Shown: positions 1 through 8,856 of the stretch, piece after piece
Layout of the letters: each line of letters begins with the position of its first letter
Numbering within the stretch: position 1 is the first letter of the stretch
Virus record (IMG/VR): IMGVR_UViG_2563366961_000002
Coordinates: 1 to 35,248 of that record
Origin: a virus
Taxonomy: Duplodnaviria; Heunggongvirae; Uroviricota; Caudoviricetes
Strand: one strand, 5' to 3'
Length of the DNA: 35,248 nt
The notes under the pieces: model-generated
Databases searched by the model: none
Told to the model about the DNA's origin: nothing
Seen by the model: only the letters and a program-made list of their open reading frames with translations
Program-made: the position numbers and the translations under genes

Positions 1-91
1 GCTGTCGTTCTCAAAATCGGTGGAGCTGCATGACAAAGTCATCGGGCATTATCTGAACATAAAACACTATCAATAAGTTGGAGTCATTACC
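1..91 (+). mobile_element. IS1 3' terminal fragment (IRR end), truncated by window edge
   Basis: Exact reverse complement of 8080-8170, the IRR-proximal end of the complete IS1; ends ...GTTGGAGTCATTACC at 91. Confidence 0.9.
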
Positions 92-113
92 GACGCGCCG
101 AGCGTCTTTTTTT
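92..113 (+). terminator. putative rho-independent terminator
   Basis: GACGC-gccga-GCGTC hairpin followed by a T7 run. Confidence 0.4.
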
Positions 114-315
114 ATGTCGTAGGTCTGACTCACCCATTTTTTGGGCGTTGGTGTATAATCCAGCGCCTTTGTCAATCAATGGTGGCTCAGGCGGGGGCTT
201 CTTCGGAAGCGCCGGTATCCTTCAGAGCCGGTTACGCCAACCCTGTCTGGGCTACCACCAGCGAAATTGGCGTTTCCGGTGGTAGCGTAACCTGCTATCT
301 GAAGGAGGCTGCCAC

Positions 316-510
316 ATGCTGGCTACTACCCCTACCCAAAAACCGCAATTTATCTGGATTATCGCCGCAGTTCGCCGCGATTGCCCGACAATTACCGCCA
401 AAATTCATCATATTGCTGCCGAGTCTGAACGCGATGCTCGCCGTTCTCTGGTGCGCGATCACGTCTGCTTTTTTGCTGGTCGTATCCGCATGGAGGTGGC
501 ACATGATTAA
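316..510 (+). CDS. Icd-like (host cell division inhibitor-like) small protein of P4-type satellites
   Basis: 64-aa ORF; motif pattern QFIW..AAVRR..ERDARR..FFAGR recalled for Icd-like proteins; first gene of a coupled operon. Confidence 0.5.
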   Translation: MLATTPTQKPQFIWIIAAVRRDCPTITAKIHHIAAESERDARRSLVRDHVCFFAGRIRMEVAHD

Positions 511-721
511 AACCTACGATGTGCATATGGATCCCCTCGAACGCACAAGCCAGATCATCACACTGACAGAAGTGATTAACGACATTCTGGTGAGCAACTC
601 TCCCTCACGAGACGAAAGGCTGAAGGCGTTACTCGCGATATTGGATCTCGCCGTTCGTGACGTTCATTTCCTGCTGGAAGGTGGCGAAATGCCAGGAAAA
701 ACGGGGGCAACCAATGAATAA
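503..721 (+). CDS. hypothetical small protein (satellite early operon)
   Basis: ATG at 503 preceded by GGAGG at 492-496; overlaps stop of upstream ORF. Confidence 0.4.
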   Translation: MIKTYDVHMDPLERTSQIITLTEVINDILVSNSPSRDERLKALLAILDLAVRDVHFLLEGGEMPGKTGATNE

Positions 722-908
722 CTCAATTAATACCCCTCGCCTTACGTCCGCACTTCAATTAATCGAGCAAGCAGCGGCTGTCCTGGTTGCTGTCAGTCTT
801 TCGGCTGAAGAAATGGACGCTGCTGATGTCGTGGATGCGATTAAAGCGTGCTCATCTTTGGTTAACGATGCCCGTGCCGAGCTGGTAATTCTTGGGGGTG
901 AAAAATGA
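714..908 (+). CDS. hypothetical small protein
   Basis: Internal ATG of the 657-908 ORF (MNNSINTPRL...); start overlaps upstream stop. Confidence 0.4.
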   Translation: MNNSINTPRLTSALQLIEQAAAVLVAVSLSAEEMDAADVVDAIKACSSLVNDARAELVILGGEK

Positions 909-1168
909 ATATCAACTTAATTTATCGTCATCCGTGTGAGCTGGAAATTGAATCATTGCTGGGGCGTGAAGAGCCATATCCAGACTCATTCACTCCCGCA
1001 GATTGCGCGACTGAACGGCTTACCAGAGCGCGCACAGGTCTGGTTCATGTGATGAATGAGATTGTTCCCTCGGTGGGAGGGGAACAGGCGACAGTAATCA
1101 ATAGCTGGCTACAAAAAGTTACCTCCCTGATAGATATCGGTTTAATCGATGTGGAGAGTGCGAAATGA
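905..1168 (+). CDS. hypothetical protein
   Basis: 87-aa ORF; ATGA start/stop overlap with neighbours. Confidence 0.5.
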   Translation: MNINLIYRHPCELEIESLLGREEPYPDSFTPADCATERLTRARTGLVHVMNEIVPSVGGEQATVINSWLQKVTSLIDIGLIDVESAK

Positions 1169-1386
1169 CCAACATCCAGCTCATTGAAGCGCAATGTCGC
1201 ATCGAACAGGTTCAGACTGTTTTAGGGTTCTGGCTTGAAGGGGCCAGCCCCAGCAACAGAGACAAGTTAATGATTGGCGCGGTTATGTCACTGCTCAATG
1301 GCGTACCAGAAGCTATTCAGGAAGCGGACGAATTGTTGGGCAAATATGAGTTACAGAATCATTCAGGCGAGGCGAAACATGAATAA
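1165..1386 (+). CDS. hypothetical protein
   Basis: 73-aa ORF; ATGA overlap at both ends. Confidence 0.5.
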   Translation: MTNIQLIEAQCRIEQVQTVLGFWLEGASPSNRDKLMIGAVMSLLNGVPEAIQEADELLGKYELQNHSGEAKHE

Positions 1387-1981
1387 TTTCTTAACTTTCC
1401 ATGCAGAAGCAACGCCTGACGGCGTAAACATCATGTACCGCAGCAACGATGGCATGACAGAACGCGTTGAGGCCGTCTCATATATTGATGCCGTAAATCG
1501 TCTGGATGCCGGGGATTATGACGATAAACCAGATGAAGGTATGTCAATACATCTCGCTATTGCCGATGGCGGCAACCAGGGATATTTCGATTACACATCA
1601 CAGCATAACGTCATTATGTGGAGATGGCTGATCGCAACAGTATTCATGCTGGAAATGAGAGAGGAAAACGGCACTGTCAGCATCATTGATGATACTGGCA
1701 ATCCTTCCGAAGTGGCTGTTTATTCCAACGGCATCGTCGCCATGCCGCTGTATCCAGTAGCAGAGCGCCTCGCTATGGCAAACAACATTGAGGGCGCGAT
1801 GATAGAACGTTTTGGCATCGAGTCTGGCACAGAACGCGCCATCATTTTCTACAGAGCCATGATGGATGTGGAACAAGGAGCACTGACTCCATTTGGTCGT
1901 GAAACGCTTGCTGAACTTCACAACAGCTTTATAGCTGAACTGAATGAAAACGGCATGCCAGCGGAACCAGTGACGCACTGA
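1379..1981 (+). CDS. hypothetical protein (200 aa)
   Basis: Internal ATG at 1379 (MNNFLTFHAE...) overlapping upstream stop; upstream 35 codons of the ORF-track call look like read-through. Confidence 0.5.
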   Translation: MNNFLTFHAEATPDGVNIMYRSNDGMTERVEAVSYIDAVNRLDAGDYDDKPDEGMSIHLAIADGGNQGYFDYTSQHNVIMWRWLIATVFMLEMREENGTVSIIDDTGNPSEVAVYSNGIVAMPLYPVAERLAMANNIEGAMIERFGIESGTERAIIFYRAMMDVEQGALTPFGRETLAELHNSFIAELNENGMPAEPVTH

Positions 1982-1991
1982 GGATGGAGCC

Positions 1992-2333
1992 ATGATTACT
2001 AAAAATTTCCGACTGAATGCGCTGGCAAATAAGTATGCGTCGGCACTGTATAACCACATTACCTCCACCAGCGGCGGGGACTATTTCATGGTTGATGCGG
2101 ACGGCGAGGCCGTACGTGTGGAAATCGTCAATGGAGTAAAAGGCGTTCGCAGCCTGATCGATAGCTACACACTGGCAGCCATGAAAGTGTTCTACCCGCA
2201 GTGGGAAACCGTGGGGATCGAGCTTCTTGAGCGTTGCGTCACTAAGGACGGATTGACTGACGTCGGGCGTGAGATATGGCAAAGCATGGTTAATGACATG
2301 GGCGCAACTGTAGCGGGAGGTTCTCATGCGTGA
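1992..2333 (+). CDS. hypothetical protein (113 aa)
   Basis: ORF with GGAG upstream; part of same-strand operon. Confidence 0.5.
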   Translation: MITKNFRLNALANKYASALYNHITSTSGGDYFMVDADGEAVRVEIVNGVKGVRSLIDSYTLAAMKVFYPQWETVGIELLERCVTKDGLTDVGREIWQSMVNDMGATVAGGSHA

Positions 2334-2697
2334 AAATGCAGAAATGGCGCTTAGCTCCGCAATCGGAGAGCAGGTGGCAAAGATTGCTGGTGCTGTGTGG
2401 ATTCATAACCTTCATTCTACTGGTGAAGAGAAAATGGCAATTCAGACGCCAGAGGGACGCACCATTACTACATCTCTGAAGCCGTCAGATGTTTGTGATC
2501 TGATTTGCGCATTCATGTACCCAGCAATGAGGACTGTCCACGGCGATAAGTGGAAACTTGCGACAACCGCTGAATTTGATATGTGGCTAAACAATGATGG
2601 CATGCTGACTGATTACGGAATAACCAAGTGGCAGATGCTGGTTAGCCATATCGCAAACGCTATAGACCACGTGGGGTACGGTGATGCGAAACATTGA
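2326..2697 (+). CDS. hypothetical protein (123 aa)
   Basis: Start overlaps upstream stop; end overlaps primase start. Confidence 0.5.
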   Translation: MRENAEMALSSAIGEQVAKIAGAVWIHNLHSTGEEKMAIQTPEGRTITTSLKPSDVCDLICAFMYPAMRTVHGDKWKLATTAEFDMWLNNDGMLTDYGITKWQMLVSHIANAIDHVGYGDAKH

Positions 2698-5440
2698 TCT
2701 TATCCGTCAGGTTATCAGTGCGTCTGAAAACAACTGGCCTCATGTGCTGGGCTGCCTGAACATAAATGTCCCTGACTCTCCGCGCCGTCATGCTCCCTGC
2801 CCTGCATGTGGGGGCAAAGATCGATTCCGGTTCGATGACAACGGGCGCGGTAGCTTCATCTGTAATCAGTGCGGCGCTGGTGATGGGCTGGATTTAATTA
2901 AACGCGTAAATAACTGCGACACAACAGAGGCGGCGCTTCTTGCCGCTGATGTTCTGGGTATTGATTACCGGACAACGGAAACACCAGAAGCCACCAGCCA
3001 GAAACGGGAACAACTGGAAACCGAGCGCCAGCGACGCGAACAGGAGCGCCTGAAAAGGGCAGAGAAGGACGAACAACAAAGACGGGATACGTTTTCCCGT
3101 CAGTTTGATGACATGCGCAGAAAGGCTGTAAACGGCAAATCTGATTATCTGGTTGCGAAAGGGGTAGGTGATTTTACATTCCCCGTGTTGCCCGATGGAT
3201 CTCTGTTGCTGGCGCTGGTGGATAAATCCGGCGCAGTCACAGCAGCACAGACTATTACATCACATGGTGAAAAAAGACTCCTGACAGGTTCAGCAAAGCG
3301 GGGGGCATATCACGCCATAAACGCGCCAGAAACAACACAGAGCATCTTAATCGCAGAAGGGCTGGCAACGGCATTATCTGCCCATTTAATTCGTCCAGAG
3401 GCGCTGACAGTGGCGGCGATTGATGCCGGGAACCTGTTATATGTCGCCCAGGTACTGCGGGATAAATTTCCTTCAGCACAAATCATCATTGCTGCGGATA
3501 ACGACCACAGCGAAGGAAGACAAAACACGGGGAGAATAGCAGCAGAAAAAGCAGCTTTATCTGTTTCTGGATGGGTGGCATTACCCCCGACAGATCACAA
3601 AGCAGACTGGAATGATTACCACCAAAAACACGGCATTAAATGCGCCACAGAAGCGTTCAATAAGTCAATGTACCAACCACAGGGTAATGGCGTGAAACAT
3701 GAGCCACAGACCATTGAGGGAAGCGATTTTAAGGTTATGGATACCGACCCACTGAAACCAAGAATAGAAAGCCGCGAGGATGGTATTTATTGGGTATCTC
3801 CGAGAGCTGACAGCCAGAGTGGAGAAATCATCAATAACGAAAGCTGGTTATGTTCTCCGTTAAGCGTTATCGGTACTGGCAGAGACGATAAAGACCAGTA
3901 TCTCATTCTTCGCTGGCTGTCGTTTGGTTCTGAAACGCCGACAACCGCTGCCATTCCACTGGCTGATATTGGTGAACGTGAAGGATGGCGCACACTTAAA
4001 GCTGGTGGGGTAAATGTCACGACCAAAAGCAGCCTCAGAGCAATACTGGCAGACTGGCTACAACGCAGTGGCTCTCGTGAATTGTGGCGTGTTGCTCATG
4101 CCACTGGCTGGCAATGCGGAGCGTACATCATGCCTGATGGGGAAATCATCGGAACACCTGAAAATCCTGTGCTGTTCAGCGGGAGAAGCTCAGCCGCAGC
4201 CGGATATACCGTCTCAGGGAGCGCGAAAAGCTGGCGTGATAACGTGGCGCGTCTGGCCTTTGGTAACTATTCAATGATGACCGGGATCGGCGCAGCACTG
4301 GCAGCGCCATTGATTGGGCTGGTGGGCGCTGACGGGTTCGGCATTCATTTCTATGAGCAGTCGAGCGCAGGTAAGACCACCACGGCAAACGTGGCGAGCA
4401 GCTTATACGGCAACCCTGATTTACTGCGGCTGACGTGGTACGGAACCGCGCTGGGGCTGGCAAATGAGGCCGCCGCCCACAATGACGGACTAATGCCGCT
4501 TGATGAAGTTGGTCAGGGCGCTGATCCTGTCAGCGTTTCACAGTCTGCCTATGCGTTATTTAACGGTGTAGGGAAACTGCAAGGCGCTAAAGATGGTGGA
4601 AACCGGGATCTAAAACGCTGGCGTACAGTGGCAATCAGCACCGGAGAAATGGATTTAGAAACATTTATCGCTACTTCCGGGCGAAAAACCAAAGCCGGGC
4701 AACTGGTGCGACTGCTGAATATTCCGTTGAGTAAAGCAGTACGCTTTCACGATTACCAGAACGGAAAACAGCACGCAGACGCACTGAAAGACGCTTACCA
4801 GCATCACCACGGCGCGTCCGGGCGTGAGTGGATTAAATGGCTGGCAGACCACCAGCAACAGGCTATTAAAACCGTTCGTGACTGCGAAAGCAGATGGAGA
4901 AGCCTGATCCCATCCGATTATGGTGAGCAGGTTCACCGTGTAGCCGCGCGATTTGCCATTCTGGAGGCCGCATTGTTGTTAGGCGAGGTTGTAACAGGCT
5001 GGGATGCTCAGACATGCCGTGATGCGATACAGCACAGCTATAACGCATGGTTGCGCGAGTTCGGCACAGGTAACAAAGAGCATCAGCAGATTATTGAACA
5101 AACGGAGGCATTTCTTAATGCCTATGGGCTTAGCCGTTTTGCACCATTTCCATACAGCCCGGCAGATTTGCCCATCAAAGATTTAGCCGGATACCGTCAG
5201 CGTGGAGAACATGACGAAAGCCCAATGATTTTCTACACATTCCCGGCCACATTTGAAAAGGAGATCGCATGTGGTTTCAACGCAAAACAGTTTGCTGAAG
5301 TGTTGAAAAAAGCCGGGATGCTAACCCCACCAAACAGCGGTCGTGGATACCAAAGAAAATCACCACGTATTCAGGGACGACAAATAAACGTTTATGTACT
5401 CAATTACCAGCCAGGAGATTATAACTCATCTGAAGAATGA
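2681..5440 (+). CDS. satellite/island primase (Zn-ribbon + Toprim + C-terminal P-loop domain, P4 alpha-like)
   Basis: CPACGG..CNQCG zinc-ribbon; Toprim Glu (ILIAEG) and DxD (IIIAADNDH); P-loop-like SSAGKTT; 919 aa. Confidence 0.85.
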   Translation: MMRNIDLIRQVISASENNWPHVLGCLNINVPDSPRRHAPCPACGGKDRFRFDDNGRGSFICNQCGAGDGLDLIKRVNNCDTTEAALLAADVLGIDYRTTETPEATSQKREQLETERQRREQERLKRAEKDEQQRRDTFSRQFDDMRRKAVNGKSDYLVAKGVGDFTFPVLPDGSLLLALVDKSGAVTAAQTITSHGEKRLLTGSAKRGAYHAINAPETTQSILIAEGLATALSAHLIRPEALTVAAIDAGNLLYVAQVLRDKFPSAQIIIAADNDHSEGRQNTGRIAAEKAALSVSGWVALPPTDHKADWNDYHQKHGIKCATEAFNKSMYQPQGNGVKHEPQTIEGSDFKVMDTDPLKPRIESREDGIYWVSPRADSQSGEIINNESWLCSPLSVIGTGRDDKDQYLILRWLSFGSETPTTAAIPLADIGEREGWRTLKAGGVNVTTKSSLRAILADWLQRSGSRELWRVAHATGWQCGAYIMPDGEIIGTPENPVLFSGRSSAAAGYTVSGSAKSWRDNVARLAFGNYSMMTGIGAALAAPLIGLVGADGFGIHFYEQSSAGKTTTANVASSLYGNPDLLRLTWYGTALGLANEAAAHNDGLMPLDEVGQGADPVSVSQSAYALFNGVGKLQGAKDGGNRDLKRWRTVAISTGEMDLETFIATSGRKTKAGQLVRLLNIPLSKAVRFHDYQNGKQHADALKDAYQHHHGASGREWIKWLADHQQQAIKTVRDCESRWRSLIPSDYGEQVHRVAARFAILEAALLLGEVVTGWDAQTCRDAIQHSYNAWLREFGTGNKEHQQIIEQTEAFLNAYGLSRFAPFPYSPADLPIKDLAGYRQRGEHDESPMIFYTFPATFEKEIACGFNAKQFAEVLKKAGMLTPPNSGRGYQRKSPRIQGRQINVYVLNYQPGDYNSSEE

Positions 5441-5463
5441 GCTTCTTCATGTGCGTAGAAAAG

Positions 5464-5580
5464 GTGTTGGTTCAGTTGGTTCAGTTGGTTCAATTTGTAA
5501 AGAGTATTGTTTTATAAGGATTTTATTCTTTTTATTGAACCAACACTGAACCAACAACACGGTATTTTGAACCAACACAA
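5464..5580. repeat. iteron origin-like module A
   Basis: 3 tandem TTGGTTCAG/A at 5467-5493, about 40 bp AT-rich spacer, 3 inverted TGAACCAAC at 5536-5577; immediately 3' of primase. Confidence 0.7.
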
Positions 5581-5897
5581 TGTGACTGAATTGATGCGCA
5601 CAACACCTGGCTGGCATCAGAGAGTGTTTTACGAGACTTTCGTAAAATCCTGTGTACAAGGGCGTGACGTTTTTGAAAGTGAGCACTACGAAATTTTCGT
5701 AGTTCAGAAAACAGCCTCTGAGAAGTTGTTATGCCTGTTCAGCAAACCATCCGCATAGCTGATCGCGAATCAAATTACCAATGGAGCCAGAAGCAAGGGC
5801 AGAACTGAAAAGCGCCTGCCGTGAAGAGTAATGCGACACCATAAATATAGTTTTTAGAGTCCATAAAAAACCTGTCAAAACCTGACACACAGAACGA

Positions 5898-5929
5898 TGC
5901 CACCAGCTACTGAGCGGTGGCATTTTTTT
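5898..5929 (+). terminator. putative rho-independent terminator
   Basis: TGCCACC-loop-GGTGGCA hairpin followed by T7. Confidence 0.5.
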
Positions 5930-6024
5930 GTGCTATTTGTTTCATATTTTGCAATTACGATGATGAATATTGCGATTTGTGAAACTATAATAACTGTTGT
6001 TTTATACAGTTCTAAGGGGGCGTT

Positions 6025-6186
6025 ATGGCTATTTCAGTAAAGCCGGTATTGATAAGTGAGAAGCAAATGGAAGCGATAAAGAAAATTCAGGAAGAGCAGC
6101 GTAAAAAATCAGGAATTGGAGTAGCGCCAACTCTGCATGAAATTGCACGAGGGTTAATAGATAAGGCGCTGGCAGGCTGTATGTGA
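6025..6186 (+). CDS. small ribbon-helix-helix-like DNA-binding protein (53 aa), absent from ORF track
   Basis: ATG 12 nt after AAGGGGG; MAISVKPVLISEKQMEAIKK... beta-strand then two helices. Confidence 0.45.
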   Translation: MAISVKPVLISEKQMEAIKKIQEEQRKKSGIGVAPTLHEIARGLIDKALAGCM

Positions 6187-6202
6187 AAATGGATGGCATC
6201 GC

Positions 6203-6664
6203 ATGGAACTAAAATTTATTGATAACCCTGTGCGATTACAGGCCTTTCTTAACGAGCCAGGCAATACCGAAAATATTGTTGAGCCGGGGCACACGTACTA
6301 CATCAAGCCTGATGCGGTATATCTCGGCATCTACGAAGGATTAGTGCTGGCTGGCGTTCATGAAGTGCGTAACTTCTGGCATAGCGTTGTTGAATGCCAT
6401 GCGGTGTACGACCCCGGATTCCGTGGTGAATATGCACTGCAAGGACATCGATTATTCTGCAAATGGCTTCTCGAAAACTCACCATTCCTTAACAGCATTA
6501 CCATGGTTCCTGACACCACGAAATACGGACGGGCAATTATCCGTTTGCTTGGCGCTACCCGTGTTGGTCATCTTGATGATGCTTATATCAGATGTGGTAA
6601 ACCCGTCGGCGTAACGCTTTATCAGTTAACTCGGCAACAATATAAGGAATTCAGCGAATGTTAA
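6203..6664 (+). CDS. hypothetical protein (153 aa)
   Basis: ORF whose stop overlaps next start (ATGTTAA). Confidence 0.5.
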   Translation: MELKFIDNPVRLQAFLNEPGNTENIVEPGHTYYIKPDAVYLGIYEGLVLAGVHEVRNFWHSVVECHAVYDPGFRGEYALQGHRLFCKWLLENSPFLNSITMVPDTTKYGRAIIRLLGATRVGHLDDAYIRCGKPVGVTLYQLTRQQYKEFSEC

Positions 6665-7335
6665 TTACCCATATAGCTTATAAACATCTCAATCGTGCCG
6701 TATACGAAAAAGGCGGTGATGGTGGTGCCTCTAAAGCTCAGGCGAAGGCCCAGCAGCAGGCAATTGATTTGCAGCGCGAGCAGTGGAATACGGTGATGAA
6801 TAATCTCAAGCCGTATGCAGAAGTCGGATTGCCTGCTTTACAACAACTACAAGGACTGATGACTCTGGAAGGGCAGAATAAAGCCGCGAATGATTTCTTT
6901 GGTTCTGGTTTATATAAAACACAGGCAGATCAGGCCCGTTATCAGAACCTTGTCTCAGCAGAAGCTACCGGGGGGCTTGGCTCAACAGCTACCAGTAACC
7001 AGTTATCTTCCATTGCGCCCATGCTTTATAACAATTGGCTCAGTGGGCAAATGCAAAATTATGGAAACCTGCTAAATGTCGGGATGAATGCGGCATCAGG
7101 GCAGGCAACAGCAGGGCAAAACTACGCCAATAATACCGGACAACTCTTGCAGGGGCTTGGCGCTATTCGTGCAGGTCAGGCGCAGCAGCCATCCAGTCTT
7201 GCGCGTGGTATTGGTGGGGCGGCATCAGGCGCTTTAGCGGGTGCGCAACTTGGTTCCGTTGTTCCGGGTATAGGTAATGTCGCCGGGGCTATTGGTGGTG
7301 GGCTTATTGGTCTTGTTGGGGGGCTTGGATTCTAA
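6658..7335 (+). CDS. Gly/Gln-rich protein with hydrophobic Gly-zipper C-terminus
   Basis: AAGGA upstream; C-terminus GIGGAASGALAGAQLGSVVPGIGNVAGAIGGGLIGLVGGLGF; stop overlaps next start (TAATG). Confidence 0.55.
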   Translation: MLITHIAYKHLNRAVYEKGGDGGASKAQAKAQQQAIDLQREQWNTVMNNLKPYAEVGLPALQQLQGLMTLEGQNKAANDFFGSGLYKTQADQARYQNLVSAEATGGLGSTATSNQLSSIAPMLYNNWLSGQMQNYGNLLNVGMNAASGQATAGQNYANNTGQLLQGLGAIRAGQAQQPSSLARGIGGAASGALAGAQLGSVVPGIGNVAGAIGGGLIGLVGGLGF

Positions 7336-8079
7336 TGGCGACATGGCAACTTGGCGGGCTGCCTAGCATGGCACCGCAAAATGATAATGCTCCTCGTTCT
7401 TCCGTTCCTCAGCCTGTGCAGTATCAGCAGCAGCCAAACGTAGGTTTAATGGCGCTACAGGGGCTAAGAGGCGTTGCTGAGATTAATCAGCAGGCACGTC
7501 AACAACAGCGTAAAGCAGAGTTTCAGAAAGCATATGCCGGGGCTTTTGAGTCTGGAGACAGAAACAAAATGCGCAGTCTTATTTCTGAGTATCCAGAAGA
7601 ATTTGAAAGCGTTCAGAAAGGGATGGGCTTTATTGATGACGACCAGAGAAATTCTATTGGTCATCTTGCGACTAGTGCTCAAATCGCATCTTCGCTCGGA
7701 ACTGGGGCATTTGGAAAATTCATAGCAGATAACGAAGATGAAATGCGTCGTTTGGGAATTTCTCCTGAGTCTGTTGCCGAAATGCATGTTAATGATCCAC
7801 AGGGATTCCAGCGGCTTGCTGGTAGTATGGCACTGTTTTCTCTCGGTCATGAGAAGTACTTCGATATCAAAGATCGAATGGAAGGTCGGGATATTGAGCG
7901 TGGCAAGTTGGCAGAGACGATCCGCAGCAATCAAGCCGGAGAAGCACTTCAGGCGAGAGGGCAGGATATTAGCCGAGCAAATGCGTTAACGTCAGCATAT
8001 GCACCAACAGCCGCAATGCAGAATTACAATCAATACGCGCAAATGTTAAAGGCGGATCCAGAGGGGGCTGCGGCATTTG
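7335..8079 (+). CDS. hypothetical protein, 3' end interrupted by IS1
   Basis: Frame runs into IS1; stop codon TAA 8082-8084 is supplied by IS1 terminal bases. Confidence 0.5.
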
Positions 8080-8094
8080 GGTAATGACTCCAAC

Positions 8095-8598
8095 TTATTG
8101 ATAGTGTTTTATGTTCAGATAATGCCCGATGACTTTGTCATGCAGCTCCACCGATTTTGAGAACGACAGCGACTTCCGTCCCAGCCGTGCCAGGTGCTGC
8201 CTCAGATTCAGGTTATGCCGCTCAATTCGCTGCGTATATCGCTTGCTGATTACGTGCAGCTTTCCCTTCAGGCGGGATTCATACAGCGGCCAGCCATCCG
8301 TCATCCATATCACCACGTCAAAGGGTGACAGCAGGCTCATAAGACGCCCCAGCGTCGCCATAGTGCGTTCACCGAATACGTGCGCAACAACCGTCTTCCG
8401 GAGCCTGTCATACGCGTAAAACAGCCAGCGCTGGCGCGATTTAGCCCCGACATAGCCCCACTGTTCGTCCATTTCCGCGCAGACGATGACGTCACTGCCC
8501 GGCTGTATGCGCGAGGTTACCGACTGCGGCCTGAGTTTTTTAAGTGACGTAAAATCGTGTTGAGGCCAACGCCCATAATGCGGGCAGTTGCCCGGCAT
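8095..8598 (-). CDS. insB: IS1 InsB (expressed as InsAB' by frameshift)
   Basis: 167-aa ORF overlapping insA 3' end in the -1 frame. Confidence 0.9.
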
Positions 8599-8792
8599 CC
8601 AACGCCATTCATGGCCATATCAATGATTTTCTGGTGCGTACCGGGTTGAGAAGCGGTGTAAGTGAACTGCAGTTGCCATGTTTTACGGCAGTGAGAGCAG
8701 AGATAGCGCTGATGTCCGGCGGTGCTTTTGCCGTTACGCACCACCCCGTCAGTAGCTGAACAGGAGGGACAGCTGATAGAAACAGAAGCCAC
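8517..8792 (-). CDS. insA: IS1 InsA
   Basis: 91-aa ORF with the InsA zinc-finger N-terminus [16 protein letters not shown]. Confidence 0.9.
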
Positions 8793-8856
8793 TGGAGCAC
8801 CTCAAAAACACCATCATACACTAAATCAGTAAGTTGGCAGCATCACCGGGTGATTA

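Larger units (their letters stand above)
8080..8847 (-). mobile_element. IS1, complete 768 bp, inverted orientation
   Basis: GGTAATGACTCCAAC... at 8080 and ...GTTGGCAGCATCACC at 8847; contains insA and insB. Confidence 0.95.

Noticed and set aside
179-721. 180-aa ORF spanning the start of the satellite operon
   Set aside because: Low-complexity N-terminus; it fully overlaps the Icd-like ORF in another frame, and an internal ATG at 503 with a GGAGG RBS gives a more plausible short gene. Treated as read-through.
2894-5186. Multiple short ORFs in or antisense to the primase gene
   Set aside because: Fully contained in the 919-aa primase frame, which has clear domain motifs.
5467-5493. Tandem 9-bp repeats as a possible CRISPR array
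   Set aside because: Repeats are 9 bp with no spacers and are mirrored by inverted copies across an AT-rich spacer: iteron/origin architecture, not CRISPR.
8129-8419. Plus-strand ORF inside IS1
   Set aside because: Antisense to insB within a well-known IS; spurious.
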